Positions 23,403-36,661 of a stretch of DNA of 64,000 bases are shown here, piece by piece; the stretch's first letter is position 1; each line of letters opens with the position of its first letter. A program made the translations under genes and the position numbers. Origin of the DNA: Octopus sinensis (taxonomy: Eukaryota); contig NC_043022.1 of the NCBI RefSeq assembly GCF_006345805.1, positions 4,092,001-4,156,000 on the forward strand, read 5' to 3'. The notes under the pieces were generated by a model that was not told the origin of the DNA, did no database searches, and saw only the letters and a program-made list of their open reading frames with translations.

Positions 23403-25574
23403 CCTTTAACAACTTTTCTTACACGATCTCTCATAATATTTAATTATAAAAATGATAGGATTTTTTAAACATATAAGAGGGTCCAGTAGAGTAGAATAGA
23501 AACCAAAGGGGTCTAAAAGTAGGGAACCACTGGATGAGAAGAATGTCCAACACTGATACAATAATAATTGTTTCTACTCGAGGCACAAGGCCCAAAATCT
23601 TTGGGGAAGGGGCCAGTCGATAAGACTGACCCCAGTACTCAGCTAGTACTTAATTTATCGACCCTGAAGGATGAAAGGCAATGAGCTCAGAACACGAAGA
23701 CAGATGAAATGCCGCTAAGCATTTAATAATACTAATCCTTTCTACATGAAGGCACAAAGCCTGAAATTCGGTGGGGGTGGATAGTTGATTACATTGACCC
23801 CGGGGTTTCACTGATACTCAATTTATTGACCCTGAAAGGATGAAAGGCAGAGTCGACCTCGGCGGAATTTGAACTCAGCTATGGGCAAAATACTGCCAAG
23901 CATTTCAAATAACAAAACAGTTACAACGTTACACAATGTTGGTAATAATAGTAATTAAACTAAGACTTAATTAATTATAGTGGAAGTAGATATTAGTTAA
24001 AAAATTAGAACACAAATGATTTAACAACAGTTAGTATAAGAATGACCAACAGAAATATATTAATATGGCTTTATATGTTTGTTGGAGATTTTTAAACAGT
24101 CAAAACTGCTCCAAACGGGGAGGCTTCAAGTCAGTGATGGAACTTCTATGTAGTCACTATTGCTAGAAACAACAGCCAAATCTCACTGAAACTACAGCCT
24201 ACAATACAAAAAAAGGAAAGATTTATTGAATAATGTAGTCGCAGATATGAACAAAGGCCGGACAAGCACAAATAGAATGTCTTTGAGTGTAAGTCAACTC
24301 ACTTTAGACTGACCAGGATGTGAGCCACCACCAATACCACCAGAACAAGCGAATGAGGTATCTGTCAGGCCTTGCCTTTTACCAATATATTTAGTTGTCA
24401 TAGAGTTATGGCCACGTACAGGGCACCCACGCAGGTGTGACATACAGAGCACTCGTGCTGGGGCCATGTACAAAAGTTGTCAACAAACAGCCATTGGAGT
24501 TGAACCCACATCCCCCATGGCTCTGGCCGAGTGCTTTACCACTAAGTTAAACTGCCCACTGACAACATTTCTGCCGATTTTAAACACTAAACAGATAACT
24601 GTTTGTTGACAGTTTTTTCCACTTTGTAAGCTTTTCTGCTGCTGTTTTAACGGCGATACTGCATTTGGAAATATCATTTTGTATTGTATGATACACATTC
24701 TGTGCTTCTAAAAAGCAAATCTAAGTCTATTTGTTTATATACATATAGAAGAATATGCTTGATATTGTATGTTTTAATGGCAACAGGACATAGAGCTACT
24801 TGTAAGGTTCAATCAGTGACAAGATATATCTATATGAAACAGATTTCTGTATGAGATTACAGATTTAGATAAACAATGATGACATCAAATGAAACTGCTA
24901 ACAGTTCCAGCATGATCTACCAAGAAAGGGTCCACTGGTTTACGGATGGCTCATCCTTTTATTTCACACAACAGCAACCATCAAAACAAAACCATACCAC
25001 TTTACTCTTGGTACACATCATATTTCAACTGACACAACAAATTGACAAAGTACGAAACAAGAGACAAGAGTGATTGATTAAGTCACAGATTATCCTTTGC
25101 TCTCTCTCTTTCTCTAGAGAGAGAAAAGCAGAAGAGGAATTATCTATATTTAAACACTTAAAATAGAAGCAAGTTAATCAGAAATACTTAATCTAACAAA
25201 TTCAATGCCAGATAGAATTTGGAGCTTACTGCCTCTCAACGTAGGATAAAATACCCAACACCAAAGATTTCAATCTAAAGACTGAAACATCACTTAACAT
25301 CCATTTTCCATGTTGCCATGGGTCGGACGGTTTGACAGGAGCTGCGAAGGCCAGGGGCTGCACCAGGTTCCACAGTCTGTTTTGGCATGGTTTCTACAGT
25401 TGGATGCCCTTCCTAATGCCAACCACCTTAGAAAATGTACTGGGTGATTTTTATATGGCACTACCTCCAGTGCTTTTTGCTGGACTTGGTACCATCACAA
25501 TACTTTTTATATAGAACCAGCAGAATCCAAGTCCAAATAGAACTCACTAACTTTTGGCAGGTGGTGTTATAAAA

Positions 25575-25950
25575 CAAAGAGGTAAGACTTTAAAACAGTC
25601 AAGGTAAGGTTTTATAAAAGCAAAGACAAGGTTTTATAACTATCAAGGTAATATTTTACAAATTGAAAGTAAGGTTCCATAACACTCAAGGTAAAGTTTT
25701 ATTACATCCAAGGTAAGCTTCTGTGAAAGTCAAGGTAATATTCAAGGTAAAGTTTTATATCTGTCAAGTTTCAGTTTAAATAAGTTTCAGGTTAATAAGT
25801 CATTGTAAGGTGGAACTGAAGGTAAGGTTTTATAGCAGTCAAAGTAAGATTTTATAATACACAAAGTAGGGCCTTATGAGACATAGTAAGGTTAAGCTTT
25901 TATAGTAAACCAAGTTAAATTTTAAGATAATTACAGTAAGGTATGAATAT
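25575..25950. repeat. Degenerate ~22-bp minisatellite (CAGTCAAGGTAAGGTTTTATAA)
   Basis: AGGTAA/AAGTAA cores at about 25579, 25601, 25645, 25666, 25688, 25711 and 25733, becoming irregular further on. Confidence 0.8.
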
Positions 25951-27444
25951 TATACACAAATGTTAGAAACTAACTTTATACTTTAACAATATTGTTAAGT
26001 AAAGAAAAGCCTGCAATGCTTCCACAGAAAGGAGTCAGAGGTGCCGAGGGTAGAGGAGTCGGAGTCAAAGTTTTTTGTTTTGACTCCACATCCTCGGTTT
26101 TAAGGAGTTTGTGATAGTCAAGCACACTGACACAGCACTTGAGCACTTTATTTTAGTGACCCTGAAATAGTGGAAACCTCAGCAGGATTTGAAGGTAGGA
26201 CATAACAGGGGCAGAACAAACACCACAAGGTATTCCTCTCTCCCCCCATTAATGACTTAAAGGACTCTGCCAGCTCATCTCCGAAACATTAGTTTGGTTA
26301 ATTAATTAAGAAGAGAGAGAGGTGTGCAAGACAAGACTGAGCCGAGAAAGGGTTCGCTTAAACTGAAGCGCTTTAACGAGGACAAAACAATAATATGACC
26401 AAGAAGCAAATGGAAACTTCCAGAGAGAAATCAAACAGAAGCCAATAAACAAAAGTAGAAGAAGAATTGAAGAAGACGTAGAAGACACACACACACACAC
26501 ACTTGGCCCACCGGAGATTAATTATTCAGTAAGATGTGGTAATAGTCTCCTTCAATATGTATAAGCTTTCACAAACAACAAGCTAATAAATATTAAGTTT
26601 CTATTTTGCTTTGATAGCCACCACCACAACCACCACCATCACCATCACATCGATACTACTCTATTACCATAATAATAATAATAATGATAATGATATTCCC
26701 ACAGCTGTTACATTCAACTGTACAATATAAACAAACAATAGTGGATTCAGGACAAGCACAACAACAACAACAACACCACCACCACCAACAACAGCAAGCT
26801 GCCAACCATGTGGTTACCATCACAACAGATTACTGGCTCTGTTCACCAGGGTGATTAGCTGTTTAATAATTCCACCAGGGTTCAAACAAGTGTTGTTAAT
26901 TTCTGAGGAGCTGTTTAGAAATTATTAACAGCTGTTTTAACCTCTTCTGAAATTATTAACACTTGATGTGATAATAATGTTTAGTTGTAAAGAAAGTGTT
27001 TAACAAAACTGGTGAAAGCTAGGAGAAAAGCTGGCAGCCACCACCACCACCACCACCACCACCATTTGTTTCCTGTTTAACCAGTTAACAAGTAACAGAC
27101 CTCTACTACAACAGGAATTATTATTATTATTATTATGCCATTTCATCGATTTTGCCTTTCGTCCCTTTCAGGGTTGATTCAATAAATACCAGTTAAATAC
27201 TGGGGGCAAATGTAATCAGCAAGCTCTCTCCCTCAAAATTTCAGAATCTGTGCCTTTAGTAAAAAGGATTATTATTAAAATTATTAAAGTGGCATGAGCT
27301 AGCAGAATTCCGCTTAGGCTGACTTTGCCTCCCATCCGGTGGGTGGGGTGGGGGCCTAAGCACCAGTTGCGCACTGGGGCTGATATAATTGATAAGTCCC
27401 CTCCCGCAAAATTTCAGGCCTTGTGCCTTTAACAGGAAGGATTA

Positions 27445-27776
27445 TTATTATTATCATCATAATGGCTTCCGTGCCGGTGGCACGTAAAAAGCACCATCCG
27501 AACGTGGTCGATGCCAGCGCCGCCTTGACTGGCTTCAGTGCCGGTGGCATGTAAAAAGCACCAATCCAATCGTGGCCATTGCCAGCCTCGCCTGGCACGT
27601 AAAAAGCACCCACTACACTCACGGAGTGGTTGGCGTTAGGAAGGGCATCCAGCTGTAGAAACACTGCCAGATCAGACTGGAGCCTGGTGCAGCCCCTGGC
27701 TTCTCAGACCCCGGTTGAACCGTCCAACCCATGCTAGCGCGGAAAACGGACATTAAACGATGATGTTGATGATTAA
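27445..27776 (+). mobile_element. SINE family D
   Basis: Same motif and tail, with internal GGCACGTAAAAAGCACC repeats. Confidence 0.8.
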
Positions 27777-29290
27777 GGTGGTGGATCGTTAGCATGCCGC
27801 ACAAAATGCTTAGTAGTATTTTGCCCATCATTACGTTCTGGGTTCACTTTGCCTTTCATTCTTTCGGGGTCAATAAATTAAGTAACAGTGAAACACTGGG
27901 GTTGAGGTAATCAACCAATCTCCTCCCACAAAGTGGCTGCCCTTGTGGCAAAATCTGAAACCATTATGATGATTATTATAAGAGAAATGCAATGTTAAAT
28001 GAAGTGGATCAACTTTCAATACGGAATGAGGAAGAAATATTGTCAATAGAAAAGGAATGTTGAGGTTTGCATCTAAGTGTTGTGTTGTTTGGTTGTTAAA
28101 GCCAGGCTGTGTCACATGGGATAATAATAGTGCATCGTTGGAAGATAAAACAGTTTCTCAAATGACAACTGCTCCTCCCAGGCATAAAGCATTCGCTTCA
28201 CAAACCATTGAGTAATGATAGTAAACGATAGAGAGAGAGAGAGAGAGAGAAGAGCAAAGTTTTAATTGCTTAAATACAATTATCCGAATAAAAAACAATT
28301 TGTTTCAATCAGAGTTAAACAAACAAAAACAAAAAATTAAAATCTAAACTGTTTCTTGGTAAAGAGGCAAATTAAGACAAAATTATGATAAAAAGTTCAA
28401 GCAAAGTAGAACTGAAATAGCAGGAAATATACCTACATCTGTACCTACCTACATACACATCTACCGACCGACCGACCTACCTACCTACCTACAATAAACA
28501 TCAACTGACAAGTTTTTTCAAACCTAAGAGCTAAGAGGCTTACTTATCTTTTGACAGATTCTAATAAATCCTGCTTGGATTAGCAAACTAAGTCTCTTTT
28601 TTATACAAGTCAGTAATTTAACAATAATTTGAGATAAAAACACAGCAACTGAGGGAAAAACAATACAAAAGACACCGAAATTAGTATTAAAATTATGTCT
28701 AAGTGCTGCCTGAAAGCTACCATGGAAAGATAGTGTGTGTGTGTGTGTGTGTGTGTGTGTTTATATATTTGTATGTATGTGTGTGTATATCTATGTATGT
28801 GTTTATGTGTGTGTTTGTATATATATATATATATATAAAATGCTTGTGGGTATACTCGGCCAGGTTTGTTTTTTTTCCCTCCTTCTAGAGAATAAATAAC
28901 ATTTGCTAAAGTGATCAATGTAAAGGTAATTAAAAACATTTAATTAACGTTAATTAGTAACACTTCTTAATAAAATAAGAAGCCACAAAATTATGTCTTA
29001 CACTAAGTTCCAACAAACCCAGCCAACCCTCACAAGAAGCCAATTTACTCAGAATTCTATAAACTATTTAAGTTGAGAAAAGGGAGGAGGGGGTGGATGG
29101 GTGTTTAAATAATTAAGCTAAATGATCAAATCTAACGAGTTCTCTGTTTGGGTTATTGAAGATTCCGAAGTAATAAACAAATTGGTTCCAGGGTTCAGTC
29201 CCACTGCAGGGCACCTTCTGTTGTTGCTTTGGGCTGACCAAAGTGTAGGGGTCAACAAGTTCATGTTTTAAGTTTTATGTTATTGTAGGG

Positions 29291-30091
29291 CAGGGGGTTC
29301 CCAATTCAGGGCCCATATGACCTTTGGGGGTCATATAAGATTTTGTTGTGAAAATTTATGTACAATAAAACTGGCTTACTGGTTCGTGATCGTAAGGTTA
29401 TGAGTTCGATTCCCAGCAGCATGCATTGTGTCCTTGAGCAAGGCATTTGATTTCATATCGCCGCAGTCCACCCAGCTGGCAAAAATGAGGTGTACCTGTA
29501 ATTCCAAAGGGGCCTACCATGTCACATTCTGTGTCATGCTGAATCTCCCTGAGAACTACATTAAGGGTGTCCGTGCCTGTGAAGTACTCAGCCACTTGTT
29601 CTGTAGATTGGACCAAATGGTTGCCGTAACCCTTGGAGTGCCTGGGTATTTGGCTCATGATCGTAAGGTTGTGAGTTCGATTCCTGGGAGTGCCTTGTGT
29701 TCTTGAGCAAGACACTTTGTTTCACTTTATTGCTCCAGTGCACTCACCTGGCAAAAATGAGTTGTACCAGTAATTCCAAAGGGGGCCAGCTTTGTCAAAT
29801 TCTCTGTCATGCTGAATCTCCCTGAGAACTACATTAAGGAGTATGCATGTCTGCGGGGTACTCAGCCATTTGCATGTTCATTTCTGTCGATTGGATCAAC
29901 TGGAACACACAGTGTTCTAACCAACAGAGTGCCATCAAATGTCCTCGTCAAACGCAAAATTTAATTACTTTCTAAATACAATTCCTAATAATATTTAATT
30001 ATAAAAAATAAAAAAATTTTTTTAACATTGAATAGCTGAGTCAAATAGAAATCAAATGGGGCCACATGTACAAAATGGTGGAGAATCACTG
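29291..30091. mobile_element. hAT-like MITE with two nested old SINEs
   Basis: TIRs CAGGGGGTTCCC / GGAGAATCACTG. 8-bp TSD TTGTAGGG / TTCTAGGG (7/8). Partial relatives lie at about 23400-23530 and 56600-56861. Confidence 0.65.
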
Positions 30092-30099
30092 TTCTAGGG

Positions 30100-30610
30100 T
30101 ATAGCTATGTAGTAAGAAGTTTGCTTCCGAACTACATGGTTCCAGGTTCAGTCCAACTGCATGGTGCCTTGAGCAAGTGTCTTCACGGGTAGACAAACTG
30201 AAAGAACCCTTATATGTTTACTCTTTACTCTTTTACTTGTTTCAGTCATTTGACTGCGGCCATGCTGGAGTACCGCCTTTAGTCGAGCAAATCGACCCCA
30301 GGATTTATTCTTTTGTAAGCCCAGTACTTATTCTATCGGTCTGTTTTGCCGAACCGCTAAGTGACGGGGGACGTAAACACACCAGCATCAGTTGTCAAGC
30401 AATGCTAGGGGGGGACAAACACAGACAAACAAACACATACATATATACGACAGGCTTCTTTCAGTTTCCGTCTACCAAATCCACTCACAAGGCATTAGTT
30501 GGCCCGGGCCAATAGCAGAAGACACTTGCCCAAGATGCCACGCAGTGGGACTGAACCCGGAACCATGTGGTTGGTTAGCAAGCTACTTACCACACAGCCA
30601 CTCCTGCGCC
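30100..30610. mobile_element. SINE-B (minus, 30220-30610) inserted into an older plus-strand SINE-B head
   Basis: TSD TATGTTT at 30213-30219 and 30611-30617. Confidence 0.8.
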
Positions 30611-31469
30611 TATGTTTGTAGGCTTTTTCTCACACGATCTTTTCAGACAAAGAGTGTAGGCTCAAAATGTCAAAGACTTTTCCGTTCTTCCTGAGCGTTA
30701 AACAAATATACCTTCCTGTTGTTCCTTCACCTGTCTTCGTCATTGTATTCTGTAAATTTGAACCATATATATGTGTGTGCGTGTGTGTGTGTATAATTAT
30801 ACATCATCATCATCATTTAACATCCGCTTTCCATGCTGGTATAAGTTGGACAGTTTGACCGAGGGCTGGCAAGCCAGGAGGCCGCACCAGGCTCCAATCT
30901 GATCTGGCTAGGTTTCTACAGCTCAATGCCCTTCCTAATGCCAACCACACCGAAAGTGTAGTGGGTGCTTTTTATATTCCATCAGCATGGGGGCCAGTCA
31001 GGCGGCACTGGCATTGGCCATGCTCAAATGGTGCTTTTTATGCATGCATGTACTTGTCCACCCACCACTGTTTGACAACTGGTGTTGGTTTATTTACATC
31101 CCTCAATAGAACAAGTTCCAGGCTCTAAAAAATAATCCGTGCCAGGGTTGATTTGTTTGACTTAACCCTTAAAAGTGGTGCCCCAGCATGGCCACACTCC
31201 AAAGTCTGAAACAAGCAAGCAATAAAAGGCAACCCAGATAGAGTGGAATTAGTCACAATTCTTTGAAGAACATTTGAAACAGACTGAAATAAAATCTCTG
31301 TTATTTGAGCCAAACCAAAATAATAAGAGTAATCCTTTCTGTTATAAAGCACAAAACCTGAAATTTTACGAGAAGGGAGCTAGCAGATTACATTGACCCC
31401 AGTACTTAAATGGTACTTGTTTCATCGACCCTGAAAGGATGAAAGGCACCTATACACACAAACAACATC

Positions 31470-31795
31470 ATCGACCATGGGTGCACCTAAGAAGTTCCCC
31501 TCCAGGGTACAGGTCTGGGCAGAAAGTCGCCTCACCAGCGAACGCAAAATTTAGGGTTGCTTTTATGGAAGATCAGCAGTCACCCGTGCATACCATCCTC
31601 CACTCTCTAAGCCACCAATGTTATCCAAGGGAAAGGTAAAGGCCGATATGGCTTGGCACCAGTGACGTCACAACTCATTTCTACAGCTGAGTGAACTTGC
31701 TCAAGAACACAACACACAGCCAAGTCCAGGAATCAAACTCACAACCTCACGATCATAAGCTCGATGCTCTAACCACTGAGCCATGCGCCTTCACT
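31470..31795 (-). mobile_element. SINE family H
   Basis: As above. Confidence 0.8.
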
Positions 31796-32454
31796 CACCA
31801 AAACTAATAGACTAAAGAAGGCAGTGAATTTAGTAGTGACAGAGAATATGGGATTTGAAGTAAGATGACTACCGAGTAATGAAAGCAAATCAAACAGAAG
31901 AATGAGCAATGGACTATGATGGAAGAGGAGGAGGAGGATTCTTGGAGAGAGAAAATGAATACAGAGTGGACTGGTCAGTACTGGACAGAAGAAGAAGAAA
32001 AGAACTGAAGAATCGGAGCAAATATGTGTTGAAACAAAAGTGTGGTATTGATTTCAAAGAGCTGGTGATGGTAACCAAAGAACTGTGTTTGCAATTTGAG
32101 AGAGTAAAAATCACTTGATATGATTGGAGAATCAAAAAACAGACTCCTCAAAGAGGACGGAAAAGAGATTTTATCAGGAAATAAATTGGAATACAGACAA
32201 AGATGTATGTGTCTCCCAAATGTGGAAGAAGAGAGTGAAAGATTCTGGAATATGATACGGAGGGAAGGAGGAAACATGCACCACAAACGTAGAGTGGTTA
32301 TGCAACATGAATGAAACTGAAGAAAATCCTTGGCAAAAGGACATTAAGATAAGAAAGGAGGATGTTTTGAGTGAGAGATCACAAAGAAATCCCAGGCAGG
32401 TTGACCAGAGGCAGGATTGTGTGAGAAAGGAACATGAAAGGGAAATCTGTTTAT

Positions 32455-33009
32455 GTTAGTTAGTTAGTTAGTTAATTTGGCTCAAAAGCAAATAGCAAGG
32501 CCATGTAGGGGGACATGGAGTTATGTACAGGGAGGGTGTTCATGCAAAGAGTTCAGGCCACTTGAGGTCAAGGGAGACTTTGAACAAAGCGGTCGTCGGC
32601 ATCTTCACCATCTCGTCTGGCAGCTTGTTCCACGGATCCGCAACCCGGATGGAGAAAGCTCCTCTCCTTCGATTGAGATGAAATCGTCGCAGATTAAGCT
32701 TTTCGGAGTGACCCTGCAGCCGACGCTCTGGAGCAGGAGTGAAGAACAGCTCTTTCAAGAGGTTACACTTTCCGCTTATGATGATGTGAGCGAGAATGAG
32801 ATCACCACGGTGGCGGCGTTTTTCTAGAGAATAAAGGTCGAGCGTCCTCAGCCTTTCTTCATAAGACAAATTTTTGAGACCATGAACCATGCGGGTAGCC
32901 AGCTTCTGGACTCTTTCGAGATGCTGTATGTCTTTATCTGGGTGAACCCATCATGTGGAAGCTGTGAACTGGAATTCTGGCAGATGAACTGTGCATTCAT
33001 GGACCAGAT
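32455..33009 (-). mobile_element. CR1-clade LINE, 5'-truncated (ORF2 C-terminus, 3' UTR and (TAAC)n tail)
   Basis: Translation KDIQHLERVQKLATRMVHGLKNLSYEERLRTLDLYSLEKRRHRGDLI...FSIRVADPWNKLP is the typical CR1 post-RT region. A tandem tail lies at 32455-32476. Confidence 0.9.
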
Positions 33010-33187
33010 TAATATTGTACTAGAAGAGCAAAAAGGGCACAAATAGAAGAACCAAGGACCAACTAATAATGGATAAGACAGAGCTGAAAAACTGTAAAAA
33101 GCGCAAAAACCAACTTAGGGACAGCATGGATATGATATCATTCGTCAATTGTGGAGTCTGGAGTGATTGAAAATATTTGGAATTGCA

Positions 33188-33570
33188 CAGGAGTGGCTGT
33201 GTGGTAAGTAGCTTGCTAACCAACCACATGGTTCTGGGATCAGTCCCACTGCGTGGCATCTTGGGCAAATGTCTTCTGCTATAGCCCCGGGCCGACCAAT
33301 GCCTTGTGAGTGGATTTGGTAGACGGAAACTGAAAGAAGCCTGTCGTATATATGTATATATATCTGTGTTTTTGTGTCTGTGTTTGTCCCCCTAGCATTG
33401 CTTGACAACCAATGCTGGTGTGTTTAGGTCCCCGTAACTTAGCGGTTCGGCAAAAGAGACCGATAGAATAAGTACTGGGCTTACAAAAGAATAAGTCCCG
33501 GGGTCGAGTTGCTCGATTAAAGGCGGTGCTCCAGCCTGGCTGCAGTTAAATGACTGAAACAAGTAAAAGA
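33188..33570 (+). mobile_element. SINE family B, inserted in the R4-like LINE
   Basis: Full head-to-tail match; it splits the LINE reading FGIA|ENI. Confidence 0.9.
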
Positions 33571-34412
33571 GATAAAAGAGAATATTGTTAACCCATTCAA
33601 GAACAACTGAGCTCGCATCTGGGAGGCAAAAGCTTAGGTTTGTCAACATCAAACATGGAATATGCCAAGGAGATAGCTTGTCACCATTGCTTTTTGTATT
33701 GTGTGTGACAATACTGATTTTGAGGAAAGAAAAGACAAGATCTATCATCCTCTTTTTGTGGATGACCCAAAATTCTATGGAAAAGATGAAAACCAGCTAA
33801 ATTCATTGATTCTGGCAGTGTACTGCTTTAGCTTGGAATTTGGACTGAAAGTCTGTGGAGTGTTGATTCTAAAAATAAAAAAAGGTGAAGTCCAACAAAT
33901 GGATGGCGTGAAGTTGTTCATGAGAGGAAGAAGTGAAGAGAACAGATAAGGAAGGATATTGGTACCGGGACATATTGGAAGTCAGTGAATTGATGGGGAG
34001 CCAAATGAGTGAAGATATTCTCTTGAGGGTATTACAGAAGGCCGAAAATGATATTGAAAAATAAATTGAATGGGAAGGATAAGTTGGAAGCAATAAATTC
34101 ATGGTCAACTGTTCTCTTGCGATATAAAACATAATGGCAAACAGAGGAACGACAATCCTTGGATAGGAAAACAAGAAGACAACACATAATATTCTAACAG
34201 AAAAATGATGTTGGTGGTCTACACCTTACAAGAAAGGAAAGCAGGTGAGAATTGGTAAGTTGCAAGAACTGTATTCAGATACAGGAAAACAATATTGCTT
34301 GCTATATAAAGAATGCCAAGGAAGAATTACTTGAAAAAGTGTCTCGAATGAAAGAGGAGGTGGTTAGTTACATCAATTGATTCCAGTATTTGGTTGGTAT
34401 TTCAGGTATGTA

Positions 34413-34614
34413 AGGCAGCAAGCTGGCAGAATCATTAGCACATCGGGCGAAATGCTTAGCGGTATTTCGGCTGCCGTTACGTTGTGAGTTCAAATTCCGC
34501 CGAGGTCGACTTTGCCTTTCATCCTTTCGGGGTCGATAAATTAAGTACCAGTTAAGCACTGGGGTCGATATAATCGACTTAATACCTATGTCTGTCCATG
34601 TTTGTCCCCTCTAT
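34413..34614 (+). mobile_element. SINE family A
   Basis: 14-bp TSD GTTGGTATTTCAGG at 34393-34406 and 34615-34628. Confidence 0.85.
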
Positions 34615-35699
34615 GTTGGTATTTCAGGGACTACAAAATGACGAGAGATAAAACTGATGCCAGAGTGACTTACATCTACGCCTTAACCATCTCAACCAAA
34701 TACTGTAAAGCAGTCTTTCCACCACTCTTATGATTCTGCTGACCCCTGTTGCCATTCTTAGAAGTAATTTCATACAGAAGTAAAAAGCACTGGGGATGGT
34801 ACGGTCTAAAAAGCAGCCAGTACCCTCCGTAGAATAGCTGGCGTTAGGAAGGGCATTCAGCTGTGGGAATCATGTCAAATCAGACGACTGGAACTCAGTG
34901 TGATTCCTGGCCATGCCAGCCCCTGCCAAATCGTTCAAAACATACCAATTTGGAAAACTGACATTAAACGATGAAGAAATAATACAAGACCAAAAATCTG
35001 GCAGAAGAAGGTTAGACATTTTTTTTTTTTTTGGAACCAACCCCAGAATTTGACTGATCTTTATCTCGTCAGTCCCAGGGGAATGAAAAATAAAATCGTG
35101 GCATTTGAATGTAGAACGCAGAGGATCATATTTTGTCTGAGAGTCAAATGATTTTACGCATCCACTTCTATCTCAAAAATTAATTAAAACAGTGTATTTT
35201 AGCAAAAATATGCTAACGAAAGGGTTAATAAAAAGGAAAGCTAATTGGCACAGTTAATGCTAGCAACAACAACCGGATTAGAGTTTATAATATAGCTACA
35301 GCTTATTTGTACCTTGACCTATATCACGAACACACTTGTTAAATGGAAGCACTTCAGGGTTAGAAACCAATTTATTACACAGTATTTATTTATTTATATA
35401 GTCGGGGGTGGGGTGGGGGGAAAGTACTTATCTTTATTTATAAAAATGAATCTTTTTCACAATTGTTGAGGTTTAAAAACTGATGTCATTGATTTGTGTC
35501 ACATTTCTTTATTGTTGCTAAACATCTGACAGTCTTTTTTTTTTTTTAACATATACATATATATACATACATACATACATATATACATACATACATACAT
35601 ACATATATATATATATATGTATGTGTGTGTGTATTCATGTATCTCTCTCTCTCTGTCTAAATACACACACTTACACAAAATAATGTTTCCTTGGTCTCA

Positions 35700-36118
35700 A
35701 ACTTGGCTGAGTGATAAGAAGCTTGCTTCCCAACCACACGGTTCCAGTTTCAGTCCTACTGTGCAACACCTTGGGCTGACCAAAGCCTTGTGAGGGGATT
35801 TGGTAGATGGAAACTGAAAGAAGCCCATCATATGTGTGTGTGTGTGTGTGTGTATTTGTCCCCCACCACCATTTGACAACCAGTGTCTATATATATATAT
35901 AGATATATACATATCCCTCTCTCTCTTTCGGAGAGGCACAAGCACCTACACGCACATATGCACACACGGCAGTAACTTCCACCTACCGAATTCAATCACA
36001 AAGCTTCGGTCGGCTCGGGGCTATAGTGGAAGACACCTACTCAAAGTGCCACGCAGTGGGACTGAACCCGAAACCATGTAGCTAGGAAGCAAGCTCCCTA
36101 ACCACACAGCCATGCCCA
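35700..36118. mobile_element. Two oppositely oriented partial SINE-B copies
   Basis: Plus-strand head at about 35703 and minus-strand head ending at about 36115. Confidence 0.7.
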
Positions 36119-36661
36119 TTCACACACACACACACACAAAGAAAGGAACTTTCTTGGGGTTACATGGCTGAGTGGTTAGGGGTGTTGGACTCATGATTGT
36201 CAGATTGTGGTTTCGATTCCTGGACCAGGGGATGTGTTATGTTTTTGAGCAAAACACTTCCTTTTAAGTTGTCCTGGTGTGCTCAGCTGCTAAAAAACGA
36301 GTAATCGTGCGATGGACTGGCATCCCATCCAAGAGGAGTATTCACACCAGAGACTCAGAGAACTTGGCACTATGGGTCTGTTACTTGGGAAGGGACCTAT
36401 ATCCTTTTCTAAAACCTCCCATGGAGGGGCAGAACTACAGCGATTACAACACAACCATGCCTTTCTTGAGAGCCATCAACAGCTTATTGTTGTCCAAAAC
36501 AATAAACAGTATGTTCACAAATAATGAACCACCATCTAGTGTTTAACTGATAACACACGTTTTACAGTGATTGCCATGGAAGGAAATACTTTACTAGCTC
36601 AGTGTATACATCTTTAAAACCTCCAACAAACACCACCTTAAAATAACACAGTTGTTATTAC

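Larger units (their letters stand above)
31830..34345 (+). pseudogene. Decayed R4/Dong/Rex6-like (RLE-type) non-LTR retrotransposon, reverse-transcriptase remnants
   Basis: Collinear frameshifted motifs: PNVEEESERFWNMI (about 32215), EEQKG..RRTKDQLIMDK..KNCKKRK..AWI..KIFGIA (33020-33187), VNIKHGICQGDSLSPLLFVL (about 33640), HPLFVDDPKFYGKDENQLNSLI...FGLKVCGVL (about 33745-33870). Interrupted by CR1 and SINE-B. Confidence 0.8.

Noticed and set aside
24480-24698. ORF containing QQQKSLQSGKN, considered as the missing SANT exon
   Set aside because: It does not match the expected GLRQYGKNFF/KELLP pattern and lacks convincing splice sites.
30177-30694. FQSFDCGHAG... and MSSNARG... ORFs recurring in many places
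   Set aside because: These are read-throughs of SINE-B.
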